A stretch of DNA of 64,000 bases from Candidatus Calditenuis fumarioli (GCA_030059665.1 JANVYR010000003.1:1-64000), one strand, 5' to 3'. Numbered from the stretch's first letter, positions 27,806 through 37,280 are shown. Program-made: numbers and translations. The notes: generated by a model not told the origin, from the letters alone.

Positions 27806-30130
27806 TTACCTCCTGCTGATCCTCGACCTGATGTACTCGGGCTTGAGCGGCGTGTCGGTCACCTTCAGCCCCAGATCGTGCAGGGCGTCCTCGACCGCGT
27901 TCGCTATGGCCGCCGGCGCTCCTATGGCCCCTCCCTCACCCATCCCCTTGAAGCCTCCGGGGTTCGGCGAGGGCGTCACCGTGTGGGTCAGCTCTATGTC
28001 GAACATCTCCAGCGCGCTCGGTATCAGGTACTCGGCGAAGTTCGACGTGAGCAGCTGCCCGTCCTCGTTGTAGACCAGCTCCTCCATCACAGCTCCTCCG
28101 AAGCCGTGTGCGACCGCGCCGTGGACCTGGCCCTCGACGAGCAGCGGGTTGACCACAACGCCCGCGTCGTCCAGCACGTAGTACCTCAGCACCTTGAAGG
28201 CCCCGGTCTCGGGATCTGCCTCGACAACGGCCATGTGAACCGCGTAGCTGCAGGTGGTGAAGGCCTTAGGCTCGTAGGTCGCCGTCGCCGTCAGCCCTGG
28301 CTCCTCCCCAGGCGGGAGCTTACCCGTGTCCCTGACAGCCACCCTCGCCACGTCGGCGAGCGTCACGTAGCGGTCTGGAGCGTCCTTCACGTAGATCCTG
28401 CCGTCCTCGATCACCAGGTCCTCGGCCCTCGCCTCGAGGAGGTGCGCGGCTATCCTGAGGATCTTCGCCCTGAGCTGCTCGCATGCCCTGATGATGGCCC
28501 CTCCCACCACGACGGTGCTCCTGCTGGCCCACGCTCCGAGGCCCCACGGAGCCAGCTTGCTGTCGCCCTCGATGACCTCCACGTCCTCGAGCCTCGCTCC
28601 CAGCGCCTCCGCAGCTATCTGCGCGTAAACGGTGTAGTGCCCCTGTCCCTGGCTCGCGGTCCCCGTCAGCACCAGGACCTTTCCGGTCGGATCTATCCTC
28701 ACGGTCGCGGTGTCGTAACCTCCGACCTCCCATCCGAGGCCCTTCGAGAGCCTCTCACTGCTCGGCGCCGTGTACTCCACGTACATCGCCAGTCCTATCC
28801 CGATGTGCCTCCCCTGGGCCCTCAGCTCCCTCTGCTTCCTCCTCCAGCCCTCGTAATCCGCGAACTCCAGGAGCTTCCTCAGCGCCGTCGGGTAATCTCC
28901 GCTGTCGTACACGACGCCGTGCGGGTTCCTGTAGGGCATCTGCTCGGGCCTGATGAGGTTCCTCATCCTGATCTCGGCCGGGTCGATTCCCAGCTTCCTC
29001 GCCGCGATGTCCATGAGCCTCTCGGTCACGAAAGCCGCCACCGGTCTCCCGAAGCCCCTGTGGGGAGCGTAGGGTGCCTTGTTGGTGACGACGCAGAAGA
29101 GCTCGTACTCGTAGTTGGCGAAGTCGTATGGCCCGGGGATAGCAGCCATGGTGACCATCACAGGCTGGGTCTCGGTCCAGAAGGCGCCGTAGACACCCAC
29201 GTCGCATATCACCCTGTCCCTTATCCCGAGGAGCCTGCCGTCCTTGGTGAAGGCGGCCTCGACGTAGTGGATCTGCTCGCGCTCGTGACCGCAGACCAGC
29301 ATGTGCTCCCTCCTCGTCTCCACCCACTTCACGGGCCTTCCGAGCTTCAGCGCCAGCTGGACCGAAGCGACCTCCTCCTGCCAGACGCTCGACTTCGGCC
29401 CGAAGCCTCCGCCAACGTCGGGCGCTATCACCCGCATCTTGCTCTCAGGGTACCCGAGGACCTCTGAGAGGTAGGTCATCAAAACGTGCGGGAACTGGGT
29501 GGAGTCGTATATCGTCAGCTCGCCGGTGACGGTGTTCGGCACCACCAGTATCCCCCTGCCCTCGATGGGCGTCGGCGCGTACCGCTGGTTCGTCAGCCTC
29601 TCCCGGACGATCAGGTCTGCCCTCGCGAAGGCGGACTCTACGTCACCCGCCTTGAACCTCGTGTGCATGATCACGTTGTCCCCCCACTCCTCGTACAGGA
29701 GCGGCGCACCCGGCTTCATCGCCTCCTCAGCGTTGACCACGGGCTTCAGGGGCTCGTACTCGACCTCCACCAGCTCTATTATGTCGTCAAGTGCGTACCT
29801 GCTCCTCGCGGCAACCGCAACCACCGGCTCACCGACGAACCTGACCTTGCCCCTCGCGAGCGAGTACCTTGGCGGGTGCCTGAGGCCTGGATACTTCATC
29901 CAAGCATGCATAGGGACAGACTCGTCTGGGGTGAGGAACCCGACCGCGTCCGGGTGCCTCTCGGCCCTACTCAGGTCGATCGACTTTATCCTCGCGTGGG
30001 CGTGGGGAGACCTCACGAACCCGACGTAGAGCACGTTGTCCACCTTGATGTCGTCGACGTACCTGCCCCTCCCCTGGATCAGCGGCAGGTCCTCCCGGCG
30101 CTTGATGGGTTGACCGATGTACTTCCCCAT
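27806..30130 (-). CDS. Xanthine oxidase-family molybdopterin-binding subunit (CoxL/CutA-like)
   Basis: RREDLPLIQGRGRYVDD, VGGGFGPK, PHRGFGRP loop, FKGMGEGG. Confidence 0.9.
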   Translation of the reverse strand: MGKYIGQPIKRREDLPLIQGRGRYVDDIKVDNVLYVGFVRSPHAHARIKSIDLSRAERHPDAVGFLTPDESVPMHAWMKYPGLRHPPRYSLARGKVRFVGEPVVAVAARSRYALDDIIELVEVEYEPLKPVVNAEEAMKPGAPLLYEEWGDNVIMHTRFKAGDVESAFARADLIVRERLTNQRYAPTPIEGRGILVVPNTVTGELTIYDSTQFPHVLMTYLSEVLGYPESKMRVIAPDVGGGFGPKSSVWQEEVASVQLALKLGRPVKWVETRREHMLVCGHEREQIHYVEAAFTKDGRLLGIRDRVICDVGVYGAFWTETQPVMVTMAAIPGPYDFANYEYELFCVVTNKAPYAPHRGFGRPVAAFVTERLMDIAARKLGIDPAEIRMRNLIRPEQMPYRNPHGVVYDSGDYPTALRKLLEFADYEGWRRKQRELRAQGRHIGIGLAMYVEYTAPSSERLSKGLGWEVGGYDTATVRIDPTGKVLVLTGTASQGQGHYTVYAQIAAEALGARLEDVEVIEGDSKLAPWGLGAWASRSTVVVGGAIIRACEQLRAKILRIAAHLLEARAEDLVIEDGRIYVKDAPDRYVTLADVARVAVRDTGKLPPGEEPGLTATATYEPKAFTTCSYAVHMAVVEADPETGAFKVLRYYVLDDAGVVVNPLLVEGQVHGAVAHGFGGAVMEELVYNEDGQLLTSNFAEYLIPSALEMFDIELTHTVTPSPNPGGFKGMGEGGAIGAPAAIANAVEDALHDLGLKVTDTPLKPEYIRSRISRR

Positions 30131-30131
30131 C

Positions 30132-31418
30132 TCACTCACCGTAGATGACCTGGAACCTGCGCCTGACCTCCTTCCTGTCCCTGTTGCAGACGTCGATCGC
30201 CGTGAGCGCGTAGACCTTCGTGCACCCGTACAGCGCAGGAATGTAGAGCGTCCCCCTCGTCTCCCTCCCGGGTCCACCCGAGGGGCCGTAGTTGACCGCG
30301 ATCACGCCGTTCCTGATGAGGACGTTGGCGTCCGAGGACCAGCTGAAGACGACCCTCTGCAGCGGCTCGTTGAAGACCTTGAGATGAGCTCTGTCGAGCG
30401 CCTCCACCAGCGCGTTGTCCTCTGGGACCTCCGCCCACGCGTCGCTGACGTAGATCTCCAGGTCCGCTTTGATGCCGTGCTCCCTCTCCACTTTGCGCAG
30501 AACGTTCTCCAGCTCCTCCTTCACGTCGAGCGCCGACTTCCTCGGCGGATACCTCACGTCGATGTACAGGTTGCAGAACCAGGGCGTCCTCGAGCACCTC
30601 CAGGGCCAGCCGCCCTCGATGGCTCCGATGTTCACGTTCGGCTTGACGCCCATGTACTGGAACCTCGCCTGATAATCCGGCGCCCACTCCTCTATCGCCT
30701 TCACGATCTTGTACATCTGCAGGATCAGGTTCCCCTCGAGCCCCGCGTGGGCCGTGTGGACGAGCGCCCCCTTCAGGGATATCTTGGCCCAGACCGAACC
30801 GAAGTGGGCCAGCATCAGCCTCAGGCCGGTTGGCTCCCCCAGTATCGCGAAGTCGGTGAGCCCTCCGTGGGTGACGAGGTACGCGGTGCCGTAACCGTAG
30901 CCCCTGTACTGAGGCCCCCGATACTGGTCGACCTGGGACTTCTCGATCTCACCCACAACCCCGGCGATCATGATGTCGCCCTTCAGCTCGACGCCGGCGT
31001 CCAAGATCGCCTCGACCGCGGTGACGTAGGCTGCCAGGGCCCCCTTCATGTTGAACGCGCCCATCCCGTAGACCCAGTCTCCCTCCCGGTATCCCCACGG
31101 CGGCTCGAACCGGTAAACCGGCGATATGGCCCTCAGGACCTCGGGGTCGTCGGTGGGAGAGAAGGAGGTGTCGAGGTGACCGTTGAACATCAGCGATGCG
31201 CCTCCGCCCTTCCCCCTCAGCACTCCCACCACGTTGTACCTCCCGGGCTCCACCTCCTGGTACGTCACCCTCATCCCCAGCGCCCTGAGCATCTCTCCGT
31301 AGACCTGCGCCACCTCCGCCTCCTCCCCCGTGGGGCTCTTGACGTTAACAAGGTCGAGCGTCCTCTTCACGGCCTTCTCCCGGTCGACCTTGATGTCTTC
31401 GACCGAGACGGACGTCAT
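30132..31418 (-). CDS. M20/ArgE-family metallo-amidohydrolase, atypical
   Basis: SPTGEE, FNGHLDT, GAFNMKG, GEPT. Confidence 0.82.
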   Translation of the reverse strand: MTSVSVEDIKVDREKAVKRTLDLVNVKSPTGEEAEVAQVYGEMLRALGMRVTYQEVEPGRYNVVGVLRGKGGGASLMFNGHLDTSFSPTDDPEVLRAISPVYRFEPPWGYREGDWVYGMGAFNMKGALAAYVTAVEAILDAGVELKGDIMIAGVVGEIEKSQVDQYRGPQYRGYGYGTAYLVTHGGLTDFAILGEPTGLRLMLAHFGSVWAKISLKGALVHTAHAGLEGNLILQMYKIVKAIEEWAPDYQARFQYMGVKPNVNIGAIEGGWPWRCSRTPWFCNLYIDVRYPPRKSALDVKEELENVLRKVEREHGIKADLEIYVSDAWAEVPEDNALVEALDRAHLKVFNEPLQRVVFSWSSDANVLIRNGVIAVNYGPSGGPGRETRGTLYIPALYGCTKVYALTAIDVCNRDRKEVRRRFQVIYGE

Positions 31419-31492
31419 GCAATCGACAATCGGCCGTTCAAATTATTGAACGTTGTCTAGGGTTGGGTTTGGTTGATGGTCTAAAGCCGTAC

Positions 31493-31891
31493 CTACTCGC
31501 CCCTGACCTGCACGATCATGTTGCGGTTCATGATGCGCCAGTACTCGACCGTGGCACCAGGCTCGAGCTTCGCCGCGAGGCTCTCGTCCTTCGGCAGAGG
31601 GATCTCGACGATCTCGAGGGATTCGCTGTCCATCACGCTGACCGTCTCGCCGACCGACATCACCTGACCCGTCCTCTTCTCGATCACCGGCACCTCTATG
31701 TACTGGTCGGATGGACCGACGACGCTCCTCTTGACGCCGTCGAAGATGCCGATGGCGACGATCCTCACCTTCGCTGACCCGTGCTTTCCTGGCTTGCTCC
31801 TCTCCACCTCCACCACCCTGCACGGCTCGCCGTCTATGACCACGTTAGACCCCTCCTTTATCTCGCCCAGTTCGGCCGGTCTGGTGCTCAT
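31493..31891 (-). CDS. eif5a: Translation initiation factor 5A
   Basis: SKPGKHGSAK hypusination motif. Confidence 0.96.
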   Translation of the reverse strand: MSTRPAELGEIKEGSNVVIDGEPCRVVEVERSKPGKHGSAKVRIVAIGIFDGVKRSVVGPSDQYIEVPVIEKRTGQVMSVGETVSVMDSESLEIVEIPLPKDESLAAKLEPGATVEYWRIMNRNMIVQVRGE

Positions 31892-31949
31892 GCTCGGAGA
31901 TCGACGAAACAGCCCGTTGATAAGTGTGCAGGAGGGACAGGAGAGACGC

Positions 31950-31956
31950 AAAAAAA
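31950..31956 (-). terminator. Oligo-T terminator downstream of the archaellin gene
   Basis: A7 on + (T7 on -) about 30 nt after the archaellin stop. Confidence 0.5.
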
Positions 31957-31987
31957 GACGAGGGATTGGTTTGGGTCGCCTTCGGGG

Positions 31988-32593
31988 TCAGGTCAGGTCC
32001 ATCACCGGGTCGAAGACCGGCGGCAGCCTTCTCTCCACCTTAAGGATGGAGCCCTGAGCCGGCTTGATCTCGATGGAGAACTGGTCGTTCGGCTTCAGAC
32101 TTTGCAGCTGCGATATTCCTATCACGATCTCCCAGACCTCAGTGTACTCGAGCGCCGTGTCACCGTCGCCGGTCAGCTGCCTTACCCTCACACCGGTAAC
32201 TGGCACGTTGGTGTCGTTCATGGTGTAGATGTTCGGGATGAAGTTGTACGGGTCGCGGTACGAGATCACCAGAACGCCGTTCCTCATGTCGACCGGGTTC
32301 TTGCCCACCGCGGACTTCACGTAGATGGTGATGTTGCTGATCTGTCCGCCCGAGGACCTGGCGACCACCGATCCAGCTATCTCGACCGAGCTGAGCGTCT
32401 CCTCAAGACCCGCCTGCATCACCTCGCTCGACTTCTGCGTCGTGAAGAAGCCCATGTTCAGCACCGCGAAGGCGAAGGCGGCCGCGACGACCACGAAGGC
32501 TATCAGGACTATCGCCGTCTCGAGGCCCGTCAGTCCCTTCTTCCTTCGTCCCACATCATTCAATCTGTATGGTGTTTTCCTCATCGCGACCAT
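31988..32593 (-). CDS. flaB: Archaellin (FlaB/ArlB)
   Basis: Class III signal RRKKG|LTGLETAIVLIAFVVVAAAFAFAVLNMG with +5 Glu; GDGDTALE, IEIKPAQG. Confidence 0.93.
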   Translation of the reverse strand: MVAMRKTPYRLNDVGRRKKGLTGLETAIVLIAFVVVAAAFAFAVLNMGFFTTQKSSEVMQAGLEETLSSVEIAGSVVARSSGGQISNITIYVKSAVGKNPVDMRNGVLVISYRDPYNFIPNIYTMNDTNVPVTGVRVRQLTGDGDTALEYTEVWEIVIGISQLQSLKPNDQFSIEIKPAQGSILKVERRLPPVFDPVMDLT

Positions 32594-32668
32594 TCATAAT
32601 GAAAGGCATAATTTAAATGTATTCCAACCATTGGGCGAAAATCTTATCTCTGGGTGTCGGCAGTGATC

Positions 32669-32704
32669 TTGCAATTCGCAGTATTGCAATTGGAATTTGC
32701 AATT
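32669..32704. promoter_or_regulatory. Three TTGCAATT copies in the AT-rich archaellin upstream region
   Basis: Copies at 32669-32676, 32684-32691 and 32697-32704. Confidence 0.5.
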
Positions 32705-32766
32705 TCGGCATTACGAGGTGAATACGGGCGGCGTTTTGGAACGATCGTCAGCTATGGCCAATCCCT

Positions 32767-33186
32767 GTGGCTTCAAACGTGGGGGGAGCGTTGCCCCGGA
32801 AACCGGTCGAGGACGAGGCGCTAAAAGGTCCGCGATACGAAGAGCAGGACGTGCCGAAGTGCGACGTCTGCGGCCGGGAGCTGACCCTCGCGGAGTGGAT
32901 GGCTGTCAGGTACGCGTGCCTCTCCACCTGTGTGCCGGTCCTGAAGGGCGAGCACCTGAGGCATCACCACCCGGAGGTCGCCGAGGTAGCCTCGAAGGTC
33001 GGGAAGCCGCTGGTTTACGGGTCGATCGCTTCGGCCCTGGTCGCCGTCCTCGGACTCGCGGCCTCAGCACATCTCGTCTCGGCAGTTGCCGCGGCGGCAT
33101 CGATCGCCCTGCTGGTCGTCGGCACTTTGATCAGGGTGGGCACGCTGAGGTCCTCAGCCCGCAGGGGTTCTGAAGAAGGGCCCTAA
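32767..33186 (+). CDS. Hypothetical Zn-binding membrane protein
   Basis: CDVC...HLRHHH, then two hydrophobic helices. Confidence 0.6.
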   Translation: MASNVGGALPRKPVEDEALKGPRYEEQDVPKCDVCGRELTLAEWMAVRYACLSTCVPVLKGEHLRHHHPEVAEVASKVGKPLVYGSIASALVAVLGLAASAHLVSAVAAAASIALLVVGTLIRVGTLRSSARRGSEEGP

Positions 33187-33393
33187 GAGGAACAGCAGCA
33201 GCACCGCCATGAGAATAGCGTAGATCACGAGCGTTATCGTCCTCGCCCTCCTCTCGCGCCTGAGCCGCTCCTCGTTCACCTTCCTGCACGCGTCGCTGCA
33301 GAAATCCGCGTCGACCGGCATCGATCTGCCGCAGATGGGGCAGTGTTTGTGCTCGGGTATCCTCACCTTCCTGGGTTGAGGACGTGCGGCCAT
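33154..33393 (-). CDS. DUF2116-like Zn-ribbon membrane protein
   Basis: HKHCPICG...FCSDAC followed by a TM helix. Confidence 0.8.
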   Translation of the reverse strand: MAARPQPRKVRIPEHKHCPICGRSMPVDADFCSDACRKVNEERLRRERRARTITLVIYAILMAVLLLFLLGPFFRTPAG

Positions 33394-33436
33394 GAACGCC
33401 TAAGACCAGCTAACGCCCAATATGGGCTTTCTCCGA

Positions 33437-34060
33437 TCAGAGAACTGGCCTCCGAGCCGTGTGGTGCCCTCCCATCCCCTTGAAGCGCTCCTCGAGCCAG
33501 ACGTTACCGCGCTCGTGGTAGCCGCCGTTCTCGGGCCTTTCCCAGAAGCCGTCGACGTAGTGGGCCATGAACTCGATCTCGGTCAGCCACTTGGCGCTCT
33601 TCCAGAGATAGAGATGGGGTATGAAGGGCCTTGCCGGGAAGCCGTTCTCAAGCGGCAGCGGTTTGCCGTTCATGCGGAGCGCGACGATGGCGTCCTCGTG
33701 CAGCGCGTCCTCGACGGGAACCGGCGTGGAGTAGCCCTCGAGCGAGTAGAACATCACCCACCTCGCCTCGGGCTTGACGCCTGCGAGCTCCGCGAGGTGC
33801 CTGATCGGCACTCCCTCCCACTCCACGTCCTTGACCGACCAGCGCGTGACGCAGTGGGCGTCCCTCACGTACCTCTTCATGGGCATCCTCAGGAGCTCCT
33901 CGTAGGTGAGCTCGAGCTCGCGCTCCACCAGCCCAGTCACCCTCAGCCGATAGGTCTCGAGGTTAACCTGCGGTATCCCGAGGGCCGCGTAGACGATGAA
34001 CTTCCTCACGTACCTCTGCCCCGGCGGCAGCACCCTCTCTGCGACCTCGACCATCCTCAA
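33437..34060 (-). CDS. Sulfite oxidase-like molybdopterin oxidoreductase
   Basis: DAHCVTRWS Mo-ligand Cys, [19 protein letters not shown]. Confidence 0.9.
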   Translation of the reverse strand: MRMVEVAERVLPPGQRYVRKFIVYAALGIPQVNLETYRLRVTGLVERELELTYEELLRMPMKRYVRDAHCVTRWSVKDVEWEGVPIRHLAELAGVKPEARWVMFYSLEGYSTPVPVEDALHEDAIVALRMNGKPLPLENGFPARPFIPHLYLWKSAKWLTEIEFMAHYVDGFWERPENGGYHERGNVWLEERFKGMGGHHTARRPVL

Positions 34061-34161
34061 GATCCTCCTGACCGGTGCTGATAATGGTTGCGCCTCAACT
34101 CGTGGCCCGCCGCTCCAACCGGCACCAGTTTATTTTGTGGGCGTGAAGGGTGCGCGGAGGG

Positions 34162-34659
34162 ATGTCGCTCAGGACGTTCAAGTTCGACGTTGAGGGGGGC
34201 AAAGCGACCGCAGGGCCTCCGATAGGGCCGGCACTGACGCCGCTGGGGCTGAACGTGCTCGCCGTGGTCGAGAAGATCAACGAGATGACGAAGGAGTTCA
34301 GAGGGATGAGGGTTCCGGTGAAGGTGGTCGTTGACGTCGAGACGAAGTCCTTCGAGGTCGAGGTCGGGGTGCCGACGGTGGCAGCCCTGATCGCGAGGGA
34401 GGCCGGAATCGAGAAGGGCTCCGGTCAGCCCGGATCCCAGCCAGCAGGGAACCTCACCTTCGAGCAGGTGGTGAAGATAGCGCGGCTCAAGATGCCTCAC
34501 CTCAGGGCCAAGTCGCTGAAGGCCGCCGTCAAGACGGTCCTCGGCACGTGCGTCAGCATGGGCGTCACGGTCGACGGGAAGGACCCGAAGCTCGTCCAGC
34601 GGGAGGTGGATGAGGGCGCCTACGACCAAGTGATCGGAGAGGTCACTCAGACTCCCTGA
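34162..34659 (+). CDS. rpl11: 50S ribosomal protein L11
   Basis: GGKATAGPPIGPALTPLG, VKTVLGTCVSMG. Confidence 0.96.
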   Translation: MSLRTFKFDVEGGKATAGPPIGPALTPLGLNVLAVVEKINEMTKEFRGMRVPVKVVVDVETKSFEVEVGVPTVAALIAREAGIEKGSGQPGSQPAGNLTFEQVVKIARLKMPHLRAKSLKAAVKTVLGTCVSMGVTVDGKDPKLVQREVDEGAYDQVIGEVTQTP

Positions 34660-35308
34660 TCCTCAGCTCTATGGGTTCGCCCATCGTCCGCTTGATGTAG
34701 GCCGACTTGACGTTGGCCCACCTCTTCGGAAGCTTCTCCACCACCCTGTTCAGCACGGCCATCGCGTTCTCCACCAGCTGGTCCAGACCCATCTCCTCCG
34801 TCCCGATTATGCAGTTCGCCTGGGGGTTCTTCCGCACCCTGACCGTCACGCTCCTCTTGTACCTCGCAGCGAGCGCGTTGATGTCCGCTCCAGCCGGCAC
34901 AGGAACTGGGGCCTTGCCGATGTAGCCGAGCGCGGCTCCGAGGGCCCTCGCCACCAGGGAGATCAGCGATGTGTCCACGAGGAAGTAATCGAACTGTCGC
35001 GCCAGCTTCTTCGCCGCCTTCTTGTTGCCAGTAAGGACCTCAATCTCATCGCGCTCGAAGACGCGGTCCACGTTCGGCGATTTGCGGGCCTCCACTGCCA
35101 GCGCTCCCGAGGCTACAACGGCCACCTTCCTAGCCTTGGACCCGAGACCGTGGGGCAGCTCGATCACCTCGGTGAACCTGTTCTCGGGCTTCTTCAGGTC
35201 GATGTCCCTCAGGTTGATCACCAACTCCACCGACTGCGTGAACTTCCTCGGCTTGCCGCTCCTGAGCGCCTCCCTCACCGCCTCCCTCAGCGCCTCTACC
35301 GAGGCCAT
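34643..35308 (-). CDS. rpl1: 50S ribosomal protein L1
   Basis: RKFTQSVELVINLRDID, YIKRTMG. Confidence 0.94.
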   Translation of the reverse strand: MASVEALREAVREALRSGKPRKFTQSVELVINLRDIDLKKPENRFTEVIELPHGLGSKARKVAVVASGALAVEARKSPNVDRVFERDEIEVLTGNKKAAKKLARQFDYFLVDTSLISLVARALGAALGYIGKAPVPVPAGADINALAARYKRSVTVRVRKNPQANCIIGTEEMGLDQLVENAMAVLNRVVEKLPKRWANVKSAYIKRTMGEPIELRIRESE

Positions 35309-35385
35309 CTTCCCCTACCGCACCGCCCCTGCTAATTAATTGAACTCGGAGAAATGCTGCGATCAGCCTCAGATCCGCAAACCCG

Positions 35386-35457
35386 TGGACCGGGCGGGAC
35401 TCGAACCCGCGACCTCCCGGGTGCAAACCGGGCGATCTGCCGCTGATCTACCGGCCC
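35386..35457 (-). tRNA. tRNA-Ala(UGC)
   Basis: GGGCCGG/CCGGTCC acceptor with G3-U70, CCCGG-TT-TGC-AC-CCGGG anticodon arm, TTCGAGT loop. Confidence 0.96.
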
Positions 35458-35503
35458 CTGATACCGACGCGCAGTCCCCGCTCTTAGTTCTTTCCGGACG
35501 CGA

Positions 35504-36808
35504 TCACGCGGGGCCCCGCTGGGGCTCTGCCTGCTCCAGAAGCCTGAAGGAGCCGTTGAGGGATGCTGACCTGACCCGTTCCGCGAGCTCCGCGGGGACG
35601 TCGGCCACCACCAGCACCGAGTCCTCCAGGTAATCGAGCCTCTCCACGCGGCCCTTCTCGTACAGCTCGTCGATCAGGGAGGACAGTGACCCATCGTATC
35701 CGAGCCTCGCCTCGAGCCTGACGAGCCTCGGCAGGTAACGCTCTATCTCGTCGAGCAGCTGGGGGATGCCATCGCCGCGCTGCGCGGAGATCGGCACGAC
35801 CGGCAGTCCTTTGAAGTCCACCTCCTCCAGCACCCTCCTGAGCCCCTCGCCGGAGACCAGGTCGATCTTGTTCAGCGCCACCACCATCGGCAGGTGACCT
35901 GCGCCGATCTGGTGAAGCGTCGAGTAGGAGACCTCGAACTTCGTCCGGACCTCCTCGACGGGGTCGGAGGCGTCCACCACCAGCAGCACCACATCGGACT
36001 CCGCTATCTCCATCAGCGTCGACATGAAGGCCGAGATCAGCAGTGTCGGGACGTTCCTGATGAAACCCACCGTGTCCGAGAGGTTGACGGGCCTGCCGTT
36101 GACCCGCATCGTCCTCCTCTTCGTGGAGAGCGTCGTGAACATCGCGTCCGATATCTCGGTCGGCGAACCGGTGAGCCGGGTGAAGAGCGTGGACTTGCCG
36201 GCGTTGGTGTACCCCGCGAGGGAGACCGTCGGTATCCCCGTGCTCCTACGGGCCCTGCTCTCCCAGCTCTTCCTCCGCTTGATCTCCTCGAGCTTCCTCG
36301 TCAGCGTCTGGATCTGCCGCTTCACCTCCTCGTAGTACACGTCCGCCTCGTAGGCTCCGAGGCCGTGGAATCCCGGCTGCTCGCCCTGCTTCGCTAGCCT
36401 GACCTTCTCCTTCGCCCTTGGAAGCTCGTACTTCAGGGAAGCCAGCCTGATCTGGAGGTTGGCCTCGAGGCTCGTCGCGTGCATCGCGAAGATCTCCAGT
36501 ATCAGCCTGACCCTGGTGATGACCTCTACGTTCAGCTCCTTCGCCAGGTTGTACTCCTGGACCGGCTTAAGCTCGTTCTCGAAGATCACTTTGGAGATCC
36601 CCAGCCTCCTGACGGCCTCCTTCAGCTCCGCGAGCTTGGAAGGACCGATGTTGTAGAGCGGGTGAGGGAAGCGGCGCTGGGCGAGCCGGTAAACGACCTC
36701 GTACCCGGCGGTGCTGCAAAGCTCCTCCAGCTCGTCGAGGTTCTCGCTCTCCCAGGGGTAGTACCTGTGGACGATCGCGACCCTCCTGCTCGACGCTAAG
36801 CCGACCAC
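35504..36808 (-). CDS. hflX: GTPase HflX
   Basis: LILEIFAMHA, GYTNAGKST, MFTTL, DTVGFI, NKID. Confidence 0.94.
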   Translation of the reverse strand: MVGLASSRRVAIVHRYYPWESENLDELEELCSTAGYEVVYRLAQRRFPHPLYNIGPSKLAELKEAVRRLGISKVIFENELKPVQEYNLAKELNVEVITRVRLILEIFAMHATSLEANLQIRLASLKYELPRAKEKVRLAKQGEQPGFHGLGAYEADVYYEEVKRQIQTLTRKLEEIKRRKSWESRARRSTGIPTVSLAGYTNAGKSTLFTRLTGSPTEISDAMFTTLSTKRRTMRVNGRPVNLSDTVGFIRNVPTLLISAFMSTLMEIAESDVVLLVVDASDPVEEVRTKFEVSYSTLHQIGAGHLPMVVALNKIDLVSGEGLRRVLEEVDFKGLPVVPISAQRGDGIPQLLDEIERYLPRLVRLEARLGYDGSLSSLIDELYEKGRVERLDYLEDSVLVVADVPAELAERVRSASLNGSFRLLEQAEPQRGPA

Positions 36809-36820
36809 CCTCTCATCGAT

Positions 36821-37192
36821 TTACAGGTCCTCGCTCTTCAACTGATCTCCCAGAACGTCGCCTATCGTGAGGCCCCTCTTCTGGGCCTTGCTCACAGCCC
36901 GCTCGAAGACCTCGTCGGTAGCCTCCACCAGCAGCTTCACCTTGAGAACCCTCTCCAGCTTCCTCGCCAGCTCGAAGGAGGGCTTGAGCTCGTTGTTCTC
37001 GATCCTCCTGATCGTTGAGACCTTCTCGCCGACCATCTCCGCCAGCTGCTCCCGCGTGAGGAACCTCGCCTCCCTCGCCTTCCTGATCACGTTCCCCAGG
37101 TCGTCGACGAACTCGTACCGCTCGACCCGCTCCACCACGCCGACGTACCTGTCAACCCTTCCCCTCCTCTGCGGAGCTCCACCGGGCTGCAT
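36821..37192 (-). CDS. mbf1: Archaeal multiprotein bridging factor 1 (HTH), short form
   Basis: IRKAREARFLTREQLAEMVGEKVSTIRRIENNELKP, LTIGD motif; adjacent to hflX. Confidence 0.85.
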   Translation of the reverse strand: MQPGGAPQRRGRVDRYVGVVERVERYEFVDDLGNVIRKAREARFLTREQLAEMVGEKVSTIRRIENNELKPSFELARKLERVLKVKLLVEATDEVFERAVSKAQKRGLTIGDVLGDQLKSEDL

Positions 37193-37280
37193 GCACTTCA
37201 AGTGTGTGAGGGCCGGTGTAAATGCTTTCGGGCCCGATGGGTGCCGCGAAATCCTTATGAGCTCTGGAATTGTGGCAGAA

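Noticed and set aside
27806-30130. Aerobic CO dehydrogenase (coxL) call
   Set aside because: Active-site loop PHRGFGR matches neither AYxCSFR (form I) nor AYxGAGR (form II)
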